Virus record (IMG/VR): IMGVR_UViG_3300039008_000061
Span: 1-52,901 of that record
Source: a virus
Strand: one strand, 5' to 3'
Length of the DNA stretch: 52,901 nt
In this document: piece after piece, positions 7,068-15,614 of the stretch
How the letters are laid out: the number at the start of each line of letters is the position of its first letter
Numbering within the stretch: position 1 is the stretch's first letter
Notes under the pieces: generated by a model
Told to the model about the DNA's origin: nothing
What the model saw: the letters and a program-made list of their open reading frames with translations, nothing else
The model's database searches: none
Translations under genes and position numbers: made by a program

Positions 7068-7340
7068 ATGAACACTCACTACCAACAAGAATACAATCAA
7101 GAAATGGCCGATAAATCATCAATAGCTACCTATATTGGAGGCGGTATTTCAGCGTTTTGGGGAATACTCACTTCACAAGAGTTCGGTATCTTAATCGGCA
7201 TGTTGGTAGGTATAGCCGGTCTATGTCTGAACTACTACTTCAAGAAGCGTGACGACAAATACAAACTGGCAGACGAGCGAAGAAAGCAAGAGCTTCACGA
7301 AATCACGCTAAAAACAATGGCGAACAACATAGAGGACTAA
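7068..7340 (+). CDS. Putative holin (small 2-TM protein with charged C-terminus)
   Basis: IATYIGGGISAFWGILT and FGILIGMLVGIAGLCLNYYF followed by KKRDDKYKLADERRKQE. Confidence 0.55.
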   Translation: MNTHYQQEYNQEMADKSSIATYIGGGISAFWGILTSQEFGILIGMLVGIAGLCLNYYFKKRDDKYKLADERRKQELHEITLKTMANNIED

Positions 7341-7342
7341 AC

Positions 7343-7639
7343 GTGGCATTCACCACCGTTACTTCAACGGATGGTTACGTAGTCGAATCCGAATTAACAG
7401 GCGCTACGCTCAGGGTATACAGCCCACAACGAGCAAAGCGCCTTTTTACTGTCAACGTTTCACATAACGGCCAAGGCAAAGCAAGACTTACTAACGCTTA
7501 CGGTAACTACTCATTCAAAGTAAGAGTAGCTATCAAAGCCTGGCTAAAACTCAATAACTTTACTTCCTACACATTTGAGCGCGGAGCGCCCCACGATGGG
7601 CAGCGTTCACTAGGTGGGATAGTTCCTTTAACTGCATAA
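7343..7639 (+). CDS. Hypothetical protein
   Basis: GTG start with GAGGA 7 nt upstream. 98 aa. Confidence 0.55.
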   Translation: MAFTTVTSTDGYVVESELTGATLRVYSPQRAKRLFTVNVSHNGQGKARLTNAYGNYSFKVRVAIKAWLKLNNFTSYTFERGAPHDGQRSLGGIVPLTA

Positions 7640-7722
7640 ACTCAGAATAAAAAGTGAATATCTGAATAAAAGTGTCAGATATCGCGGTGATATATCTCCA
7701 ACTATGAATAAAGGTCGCATAA

Positions 7723-8301
7723 ATGGCAGGCGGTAAGCTTTCTCAAAAGCAAGAAGTGTTTTGCATCAGCTATGCAAAGCACGGAAATGCTACAAGAGCA
7801 TACAAAGAAGCCTACAACGCAGAGAACATGAAGCCTGCGACTATTTATGTCAAAGCATGTGAGCTTCTTAAAAACGGTAAGATTGAGGTAAGGCTTAAAG
7901 AACTCAATCAAATGGCTGTTTCTGATGCTGTAATGACGAAACAAGAAGCGCTTCAACTGCTCAGCGTTAAAGCACGAATTAGAATCACAGACGTTTGTGA
8001 CTTCAAACAAGAGCAAGTCGGAAATGATGAAGAAGGCAATCCAGTCTTTCAAACTGTTTGGACGATGAAGAACGCCGAAGATATCGACCCAGCCGTTGCC
8101 GCTTGTATTAAATCGGTCACTGTTACTAAAACAGGTCCAAAGATTGAACTGTATGACGCAAACGCATCCGCAAAACTTCTCGCTGACATGCTTGGCTGGA
8201 ATGCGCCGGTTGAGAGTAACGTTAACAGCGAAGTTCGTGTTAAGAACGAATGGAATATCCACCCTACTCAGGCAGTGGTGAGAGATGACCAACAAGGTTG
8301 A
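7723..8301 (+). CDS. Terminase small subunit (Terminase_2-like)
   Basis: KLSQKQEVFCISYAKHGNATRAYKEAY pattern, immediately upstream of TerL. Confidence 0.85.
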   Translation: MAGGKLSQKQEVFCISYAKHGNATRAYKEAYNAENMKPATIYVKACELLKNGKIEVRLKELNQMAVSDAVMTKQEALQLLSVKARIRITDVCDFKQEQVGNDEEGNPVFQTVWTMKNAEDIDPAVAACIKSVTVTKTGPKIELYDANASAKLLADMLGWNAPVESNVNSEVRVKNEWNIHPTQAVVRDDQQG

Positions 8302-9763
8302 TTTGCGAATAGTTGATAGGCTTCTTCCGCTTATCACTACGCCAAAGCGTATCAAGATTATTGTTGGTGGTCGTGGCTCAGCTAAATCTATCGGTGTTGG
8401 CGATATCATGCTGATGTTTTGTGATCAAGGCGAGCGCATTTGTGCAACGCGTGAGTTTCAAAACTCCATTGATGACTCAGTACACGAAAACCTGAAAGAC
8501 GCCATTATCAGAATGGGTGCAGTAGGATTTAAACCGCAGGCCAATAAAATCATTGGCAGCAATGGCGGTGAAATATTCTATAAAGGCCTAGCTCGAAACA
8601 TTACGAGCATGAAATCCATTGGTCGCGTTAACCGCCTTTGGATTGAAGAAGGTGAGTCAATCAGCGAGAAGTCGCTTAAAGTGCTTACTCCTTCTATTCG
8701 CTCTACTGCAAAGGACAATGCAGACGAAGACGCAACGCCCCCTGAAATATGGGTGACGATGAACAGAGCTTCGCGAAAAGATGCTATTGCCAAGAAGTAC
8801 CTAGCAAGGGCAGAAAAGGAATTAAAGCGCTGCGGTTACTACGAAGATGAACTAGTAATGGTTATCCAAGTTAACTGGCGTGAAAACCCTTGGTTCCCAC
8901 CTGAGCTAGAGCAAGAGCGTCAAGATGACTTAGCCAATCTAACGCTCGCTGAGTATCGCCACATTTGGGAAGGCGATTACTACGATGAAATTGAAAACGC
9001 CATTATTCCGCAAGCATGGTTTGAGGCTGCAATAGATGCAGACATTAAACTAGGGTTTCAGCCTCGCGGTGTAAAAATCGCTACAACCGACCCGTCAGAC
9101 GGTGGGGATAACAAAGGTTACGTTGAAAAACATGGCTCAGTCTTCACCAAAATCACAGAGATTGAAACCAAAGACGTTAACGATGGTTTTGATGTGGCTA
9201 TTAATGGTGCACTTGACTTTAGAGCTGATGTATTTGTTTGGGATGGCGATGGTATGGGTGTGTCGCTCAGGCGTCAAGCGGGTGATTCGTTCAAAGGCAA
9301 ACACACGCAGTTTGAAATGTTTCATGGTGGTGGCAAGCCTTACGATGCTGACAAGCCATATCAACCACAGTACGCCTTTAATGAGCGAGTCGAACCTAAA
9401 ACAAACCGCGAAGCTTTTGCCAATCTAAGGGCACAGGCTGCATGGCGGTTACGCGATAAGTTCTATCAAACATATCTCGCGGTTACCCAAAAGCGCTACT
9501 TCGACCCTGATCAACTCGTTTCTATTCGCTCAGAAGGTAACAACATCGAAGCGATACGCGCAGAAGTGTGCAGGATGCCACGGAAAATGCGCGGTGATGG
9601 CGTAATACAACTTGTTTCAAAGGAAGACTTGAAGAAGCCGCCTTATGAAATGGAATCGCCAGGTATGTTCGACGCCATGATCATGACAGAAATTAATTTT
9701 GATATTTGGGAAGAGCCTCAAATGCAAGCCGTACAAGTTCAAAGCTCAGGAGGTTGGGCATAA
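8285..9763 (+). CDS. Terminase large subunit (PBSX/Terminase_3-like)
   Basis: Walker A IIVGGRGSAKS, Walker B-like RLWIEEGE, and a C-terminal nuclease-size domain. Confidence 0.9.
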   Translation: MTNKVDLRIVDRLLPLITTPKRIKIIVGGRGSAKSIGVGDIMLMFCDQGERICATREFQNSIDDSVHENLKDAIIRMGAVGFKPQANKIIGSNGGEIFYKGLARNITSMKSIGRVNRLWIEEGESISEKSLKVLTPSIRSTAKDNADEDATPPEIWVTMNRASRKDAIAKKYLARAEKELKRCGYYEDELVMVIQVNWRENPWFPPELEQERQDDLANLTLAEYRHIWEGDYYDEIENAIIPQAWFEAAIDADIKLGFQPRGVKIATTDPSDGGDNKGYVEKHGSVFTKITEIETKDVNDGFDVAINGALDFRADVFVWDGDGMGVSLRRQAGDSFKGKHTQFEMFHGGGKPYDADKPYQPQYAFNERVEPKTNREAFANLRAQAAWRLRDKFYQTYLAVTQKRYFDPDQLVSIRSEGNNIEAIRAEVCRMPRKMRGDGVIQLVSKEDLKKPPYEMESPGMFDAMIMTEINFDIWEEPQMQAVQVQSSGGWA

Positions 9764-11742
9764 TGCTGGTAGTTAAAAACGCGGAACAGCTACAAAGAGA
9801 AGATGAAGCAGCGAAGAACGCTAAGATTGAAGCTGAACGCGAAGCAACACAGCCACGCATTGTAGATAACTTAGCCGCGCACGTTCATAAATGCTGGACT
9901 ACAGCGAAAAGTCACAAGGTTGATATTGCTGACAGGCTTACTAATTGCCTACGCAGACGCAAAGGCGAGTACAGCCCTCAAAAGCTGTCAGATATTAGAA
10001 AGCAAGGCGGCAGTGAAATATACATGAACCTCACTGGCACAAAGGTGCATGCAGCAAAAGCATGGTTAAGTGACTTGTTTGCGTCCAGTAATGACCGTCC
10101 TTTTCACATAGAAGCAACGCCAGTACCTGAATTACCGCCAGAAATTGCACAGAACATGATTTCCATTGCTATTCAAAACGCAATGATGACCGCAGGAAGC
10201 CAACAAGAAGTCATGGCGATGACTGAGCAGGTGCTAAAGCAGCATGAAGAGCGTATTAAATCGGATATAAACGAAGAAGCCGAAGCGCGTATGGAAAAGA
10301 TGGCCGAGTATATCGAAGATATGATGGTCGAAGGTGATTTCCGTGGCGAGTTCGATGCGTTCTTAGATGACTTGGTAACATACCCGTTTGCAATTCTAAA
10401 GGGCCCGATTTATCGCAAGCAGAAGCGTGTTAAATGGGTGCAGGATAAACAGACCGGCAGACACGTACCAAAGATAGAAGACAAGCTTGTTCGTAAATTT
10501 AGACGCGTAAGCCCGTTTGACTTCTATCCTTCGCCATCTACAACCAACATCGGTGACCACTGGCATATTGAACACGTGCGCTTTACGCCCTCAACACTCG
10601 CATCAATGCGCGGCTCTAAAGGCTACAATAGCCAAAACATTGCCATGGCATTAAACGACCACCGTTTAGGGTTGCGTCAGTGGGTATTTGAAGACTCAGA
10701 GCGTGAGCGCCTAGAAGGTAAGCGTAACTTCAATCATCATCAGTATGAAAACATCGATGGCCTAGAGTTCACTGGATGGATTCAGGGCAAGCAGTTACTT
10801 GAATGGGGTATTGAGCAGCAGATTACCGACCCTTACGCAGAATACCCAGTAACTGTAGTGGTTGTGGGTAACTACACCATCAAGGCATCGGTTAACCCTG
10901 ACCCGAATGGTAAACCTGGTTACTACAAATCGACTTTCCGCAGCATACCTAATTCATTTTGTGGTGAAGCACTAGCAGAAATTATTGAAGATATTCAAGA
11001 CGCGGCAAATGCGACCATGCGAGCACTGATTAACAACATGGCAATTGGTGCACAACCACAAGTTTCCATCGACTTGGCGCAGATACCGCAGGGCGCGAAT
11101 ATTACCAGTATTTACCCGGGTAAAATTTGGCAATTCAGCAGCAAAGGCGTAAACGGCGCAGGGCAAAGCAAGCCTGGCATCAACTTCTTTAGTCCTGAAA
11201 TCAAAGCCAACGAATTGCTTACTGTGTACGAGAAGTTTGAACGATACGCCGATGATAAAAGCGGTATTCCTGCTTATGCGTATGGTTCAGACCAAGCAGC
11301 TGGCGCAGGCAAAACCGCCTCTGGTTTATCTATGCTGATGAATGCGGCCAGTAAATCTATGAAAGAAGTGGTGCGAGCGGTAGACATTCACGTGATTGAA
11401 CCGCTTGTTTCTAACCTCTACACAAGCGCCATGATTGACCCTGATGTACCTGAAGACATTAAAGGCGATGCACAAGTTAAAGCGCGTGGCTCTGATGCGC
11501 TAATGCACAAAGAAGCCACCGCAATGCGACAAGCTGAGTTTCTTGCTACGACTAACAACCCAACTGACATGCAAATCATTGGTCCTGAAGGTCGTAGGGT
11601 ATTGCTTGAAAGTGCAGCCAAAGCCGCCGACTTACCTGCAGCGCGTTTCGTTCCCACAGAAGACGAGCTTAGACAAAAGCTAATGCAAGAAATGGCAGCG
11701 GTTCAGCAGCAGGCGGCAGCACAAGGGCAGGTGCCGCAATGA
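9763..11742 (+). CDS. Portal protein
   Basis: 659 aa directly after TerL (TAATG overlap, CAGGAGG upstream). Assigned by size and position. The track start at 9706 lies inside TerL and lacks an SD. Confidence 0.7.
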   Translation: MLVVKNAEQLQREDEAAKNAKIEAEREATQPRIVDNLAAHVHKCWTTAKSHKVDIADRLTNCLRRRKGEYSPQKLSDIRKQGGSEIYMNLTGTKVHAAKAWLSDLFASSNDRPFHIEATPVPELPPEIAQNMISIAIQNAMMTAGSQQEVMAMTEQVLKQHEERIKSDINEEAEARMEKMAEYIEDMMVEGDFRGEFDAFLDDLVTYPFAILKGPIYRKQKRVKWVQDKQTGRHVPKIEDKLVRKFRRVSPFDFYPSPSTTNIGDHWHIEHVRFTPSTLASMRGSKGYNSQNIAMALNDHRLGLRQWVFEDSERERLEGKRNFNHHQYENIDGLEFTGWIQGKQLLEWGIEQQITDPYAEYPVTVVVVGNYTIKASVNPDPNGKPGYYKSTFRSIPNSFCGEALAEIIEDIQDAANATMRALINNMAIGAQPQVSIDLAQIPQGANITSIYPGKIWQFSSKGVNGAGQSKPGINFFSPEIKANELLTVYEKFERYADDKSGIPAYAYGSDQAAGAGKTASGLSMLMNAASKSMKEVVRAVDIHVIEPLVSNLYTSAMIDPDVPEDIKGDAQVKARGSDALMHKEATAMRQAEFLATTNNPTDMQIIGPEGRRVLLESAAKAADLPAARFVPTEDELRQKLMQEMAAVQQQAAAQGQVPQ

Positions 11743-11981
11743 TAACCAATCTTACGGTACCGCAATTAAAGTCGCTTATTTATTTAAAGAACGTTCACAC
11801 AGAGCACTACAACAACATTCAAGACATTATCACCATGTTGGTAGAGCAGAACGTTGAAGCGCTAAAAAGCGCAGTGAATACACAAGAAATGTTTAAAAGC
11901 CAAGGCGCTATTTACACATTAGAAGAATTATTGGAATTACTCGAAGACCCGAAGACCACACTGGCTCGGATTGAACAGTAA
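11739..11981 (+). CDS. Hypothetical head-module protein
   Basis: 80-aa ORF with ATGA overlap with the portal gene. Confidence 0.6.
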   Translation: MITNLTVPQLKSLIYLKNVHTEHYNNIQDIITMLVEQNVEALKSAVNTQEMFKSQGAIYTLEELLELLEDPKTTLARIEQ

Positions 11982-12011
11982 TACCAACCACGCCTTAACG
12001 GGCAAATCATA

Positions 12012-12037
12012 AGGTCGCTATCCAGCGGCCTTTTTTT
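12012..12037 (+). terminator. Intrinsic terminator inside the late operon
   Basis: GGTCGC (12013-18) pairs with GCGGCC (12025-30), followed by T7. Confidence 0.65.
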
Positions 12038-12114
12038 ATACCTAAACGAAAGTGAACACCAGTGGGAATACCGCAAGGCTCCCGAAGATACTGACTCACC
12101 GAGGATAAGACACA

Positions 12115-13104
12115 ATGGCTTTACCACAGGCACTGCAAGACGCAAATGAAAGAGCAAACGAGCTAATTCGCAAGCAAAGCGAAGGTCAATCAACTCCCGA
12201 AGTTGGGAACACTGAGAAAACCATCACGCAGCCGCAAGCGCAAGAGCAGCAGAAACCACAAGAGACCAGAACACCCGAGCCGCCGCAACAACAGCAGCAA
12301 TCGGACTCTGAGCAAACGTGGGAGCATAAATATCGAGTATTGCAAGGCAAGTACAACGCCGACACCAAAAAGCTTAATGAGCAGCTTCAAGAGGCTCAAA
12401 AGCGCAGCCAAGACCCAAGCTTACAACACCGTTTACAGGCCTTAGAGTCTGAAAACTCGCAACTGAAGCAACAATTAGAGCAACAGCGACAGGCGAGCCA
12501 GCCAAGCGGTGAAGTAAAACTAAGTCAGAAGTTGGTTGATGAATACGGCGAAGACTTTGCACGCGCAGTAGCAGAGCAGTCAAGTGCAGGTTCTAGCGAC
12601 CTGATTAATCAGTTGACGCAGAAGATCAGCACGCTTGAATCAAAGCTTAACCAAACTGAGCAGGCAACAAACGAAACCGCAGACAATATGCGTATGCGTG
12701 AGTTAAATGCAGAGTTGAGTAAGCACAACATTGATTTTGAGCAGGTCAATACTGATCCAATGTTCCATGACTGGCTATCTGCCATCGATGACGCAAGCGG
12801 CGAGCAACGCAATACGCTGATGAATAACGCGTTCCAGCGAGGCGATATCAATCGCACCGCATACTTTTTCAAAGCCTTTAAAGCCCAAGAGGGCTCCAAC
12901 TTCAATAACAACCCATTATCAAGCCATGTTGATGTAACCAGCCGCGCACCGAGTGACGCCGCAGGGGATGACAACGTATGGACCAAAGCGCAGATGGATA
13001 AGCTATATGCTGACAGACGCGCTGGCAAATTGACTGATGCAGAGTTTCAGAAGTGGGAGCAACAACTATTTTCCGCTATGCAGCAAGGTACATACCTCGG
13101 CTAG
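12115..13104 (+). CDS. Scaffolding protein (putative)
   Basis: It lies between the portal and capsid genes. Gln/Glu-rich, coiled-coil-like and low complexity (PPQQQQQSD). Confidence 0.6.
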   Translation: MALPQALQDANERANELIRKQSEGQSTPEVGNTEKTITQPQAQEQQKPQETRTPEPPQQQQQSDSEQTWEHKYRVLQGKYNADTKKLNEQLQEAQKRSQDPSLQHRLQALESENSQLKQQLEQQRQASQPSGEVKLSQKLVDEYGEDFARAVAEQSSAGSSDLINQLTQKISTLESKLNQTEQATNETADNMRMRELNAELSKHNIDFEQVNTDPMFHDWLSAIDDASGEQRNTLMNNAFQRGDINRTAYFFKAFKAQEGSNFNNNPLSSHVDVTSRAPSDAAGDDNVWTKAQMDKLYADRRAGKLTDAEFQKWEQQLFSAMQQGTYLG

Positions 13105-13126
13105 CGGTTTTTTGGAGTAATTAAAA

Positions 13127-14059
13127 ATGGGTTATCCTGTAGCAAGTGGCGCAGTCAACTATTCAAACACTGGCGCTAACAACAACTCTAGCTTTATCCC
13201 TGAAATTTGGTCAACGAAGTTACTGACCAAGTATTACGAAAACTGTGTTTACATGGAAATTGCAAACACTGACTACGAAGGTGAAATCAAGGCGCATGGT
13301 GACAAGGTTAATATCCGTACCATTCCTGATATCACTATCAATGACTATGAGAAAGGTCAAGACCTGAACTACGAGCAGCCAGAAAGTGCGCCTGTGTCGT
13401 TAACTATCGACCAAGGCCACTATTTCGCGTTCAAAGTTAACAGCGTTGACAAGTACCAGGCAGATATCAACCTGATGGACACGTTCTCACAAGATGGCGG
13501 CATGAAAATGAAACGCCGTGTTGATGCGAACATTCTTGGTTCTATCTACGCCGGTGCTGCAGCGGTAAATGCTGGCGCTAACGCGGGTAAAGATACCGGC
13601 TCATTAGACTTGGGTACCGCAGCTGCACCACTCGAAATCACAAAAGCGAATATCGTTGATGTGTTAGTGGAGCGCTTCGGTGTATGCCTTGATGAAACGG
13701 ACACGCCAGATGAAGATCGTTATGTGGTTCTTCCCCCTTCAATGTGTGCGCGTATCAAAACGTCAGAACTGAAAGACGCGAGCTTGACCGGTGACGGTAA
13801 CTCTACACTTCGCTCTGGCAAAATCGGCATGATTGACCGCCTTCACATTTACTCTTCACGTAACTTGAACGTTACCAGTGGCGCGTATGATGTATTGTTT
13901 GGTCACAAGTCAGCGCTATCGTTTGCCGCACAAATCACTGAAATGGAAAAACTAAAGAACCCGAGCGACTTCGGTGACTTGGTTCGTTCACTGTTTGTGT
14001 ACGGTTTTGATGTGTTGCTACCTGAGCAACTTGGTCACAGTGTAATGCGCCTGGGTTAA
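13127..14059 (+). CDS. Major capsid protein (HK97 fold, P22-coat-like pattern)
   Basis: FIPEIWS..L....Y......EIANTDYEGEIKAHGDKVNIRT N-terminal pattern. It follows the scaffold gene and precedes a strong terminator. Confidence 0.8.
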   Translation: MGYPVASGAVNYSNTGANNNSSFIPEIWSTKLLTKYYENCVYMEIANTDYEGEIKAHGDKVNIRTIPDITINDYEKGQDLNYEQPESAPVSLTIDQGHYFAFKVNSVDKYQADINLMDTFSQDGGMKMKRRVDANILGSIYAGAAAVNAGANAGKDTGSLDLGTAAAPLEITKANIVDVLVERFGVCLDETDTPDEDRYVVLPPSMCARIKTSELKDASLTGDGNSTLRSGKIGMIDRLHIYSSRNLNVTSGAYDVLFGHKSALSFAAQITEMEKLKNPSDFGDLVRSLFVYGFDVLLPEQLGHSVMRLG

Positions 14060-14084
14060 TTCCTACGCATAACGTAAACCCTTT

Positions 14085-14108
14085 CGCCCCCTTAATTGGG
14101 GGCTTTTT
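14085..14108 (+). terminator. Intrinsic terminator after the capsid gene
   Basis: GCCCCC-ttaatt-GGGGGC followed by T5. Confidence 0.75.
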
Positions 14109-14127
14109 CGTTTAAGGAGCCTAGAAA

Positions 14128-14334
14128 ATGGCACAAGCAAAACCAACGACTGAAGGTGCAGTAGATTTACAAGATAACGCTACTGCTGAAGCACCTGACT
14201 ATCTTCAAGCAAGTTCGGGCCGCGTTTTTAAAGCTACACCTTACCTTGTTAAGCAGTGGCGCAAAGGCAAGTTTGGCATGGTCAAGGCCACTGAAAAAGA
14301 CTACGACGATGCTGTAAAAGCTGGCAAAGCGTAA
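14128..14334 (+). CDS. Hypothetical small head protein
   Basis: 68-aa ORF with AAGGAG upstream. Confidence 0.6.
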   Translation: MAQAKPTTEGAVDLQDNATAEAPDYLQASSGRVFKATPYLVKQWRKGKFGMVKATEKDYDDAVKAGKA

Positions 14335-14349
14335 GAGCGAGGTTCACCA

Positions 14350-15000
14350 ATGGCAACACGTAAAGTTATTGATGCAATTGCGCAAGTGCGAGCAACGCTT
14401 GTAGATAATACAAGTACACGCTGGCCTAATCCTGAACTACTAAACGCCTATAACAATGCTGTATTGGCAGTGGTGAACCTTCGTCCTGATGCTAGCACTA
14501 AGAACGTTGCGTTCACGCTGGTAGCAGGCGAGTCAAAGCAAACCTTGCCTAGTGATGGTCTTCGCTGGATGGACGTTGTTTACGATGTGAATTCAGGTCA
14601 GCCAATCAGAAGCACTAAACGGCGCATATTGGACGATCAAATACCAAACTGGCACAACACGCCGGGGGAGCGCGTGGCAAGTTGGGCGTTTGATGAACGC
14701 GACCCAAAGACAATTTACGTCTACCCACAGCCTGCACAGGCAAAGGATATTCAAATTGTTTACTCGGTAGCGCCACAAGCAGTGAATATTACTGATTTTG
14801 AGAGCGACCCCACCACTATCAGTATTGATGATTGCTATTTCAATGCAATCAAAGAGTACATGCTTTACGCAGCCTACTCGAAAGATGCAGATTACGCAGC
14901 TAACGCACAACGTGCAGCTTCGCATTACAGCATTTTCGAGCGTGCACTGGGTAACAAGTCTGGTGTAGATAAAGCGGCTAACCCTGAAGAGCGAATGTAA
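14350..15000 (+). CDS. Putative head-tail adaptor/head completion protein
   Basis: Assigned by position after the capsid gene only. Confidence 0.35.
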   Translation: MATRKVIDAIAQVRATLVDNTSTRWPNPELLNAYNNAVLAVVNLRPDASTKNVAFTLVAGESKQTLPSDGLRWMDVVYDVNSGQPIRSTKRRILDDQIPNWHNTPGERVASWAFDERDPKTIYVYPQPAQAKDIQIVYSVAPQAVNITDFESDPTTISIDDCYFNAIKEYMLYAAYSKDADYAANAQRAASHYSIFERALGNKSGVDKAANPEERM

Positions 15001-15002
15001 GC

Positions 15003-15614
15003 ATGATTGCGTTTGATAGCTTAAACACCCTCGTAGCACCGTATGTGCCAAATGTACCGGCGTTTACAGCGGCAAACGCTATCCGTGAGGCAGCACGTGA
15101 CTTTTTCCGTCACGTGTTTGCTTTCCAGCAGGAAATTGAAATATCAGTTATTGATGGTGAAGCGAAATACCCAATAGAGCCAGATGACAACTTTGTTGAG
15201 GTGGTTTCAATTTTGTCAGTAAAGCGCAGTGATAGCGATATTTTGACGCACCTGTCACGCGATGAGCATAGTCAAAGCAAAGGCCGACCACGAGGTTATG
15301 TAGGTGAGCATAATAAAACCTTAAAGCTTATCCCCATTCCCGACAAAGAAGAATACCTAACGGTAACGCTCGCTGTTCGCCCTAAGTTCACGGCTCCCGC
15401 TATGGATAGGGAAGCGTATGAAGAAAATGCAGAGGCATTACGCTGGGGCGCATTAGCCATTCTTAAAAAACACCCTGGCACTGAATGGTTTTCACCTGAA
15501 GAAGTGCCTTATTACGAAGGTCTGTTTCTTGATGCTAAAAACAAGAAGGCAGATGAAGTAAGGCTTAGTCACATGCCGAATAACATGCGTTTGGAAATCC
15601 CTAGCTTTCTATGA
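15003..15614 (+). CDS. Hypothetical virion protein
   Basis: 203-aa ORF, tightly packed within the structural operon. Confidence 0.5.
   Translation: MIAFDSLNTLVAPYVPNVPAFTAANAIREAARDFFRHVFAFQQEIEISVIDGEAKYPIEPDDNFVEVVSILSVKRSDSDILTHLSRDEHSQSKGRPRGYVGEHNKTLKLIPIPDKEEYLTVTLAVRPKFTAPAMDREAYEENAEALRWGALAILKKHPGTEWFSPEEVPYYEGLFLDAKNKKADEVRLSHMPNNMRLEIPSFL

Noticed and set aside
7658-7682. Hairpin ATATCTGA-N9-TCAGATAT upstream of the small terminase gene as terminator or pac site
   Set aside because: It has no U-tract and no repeated motif. The position is suggestive for pac, but nothing in the sequence supports a call.
7702-8409. 235-aa minus-strand ORF
   Set aside because: It is entirely antisense to the clearly identified small terminase gene and has no recognisable features.
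9706-9762. Upstream extension of the portal ORF (track start at 9706)
   Set aside because: It lies inside the TerL coding region without an SD. ATG 9763 has CAGGAGG upstream and a TAATG coupling overlap.
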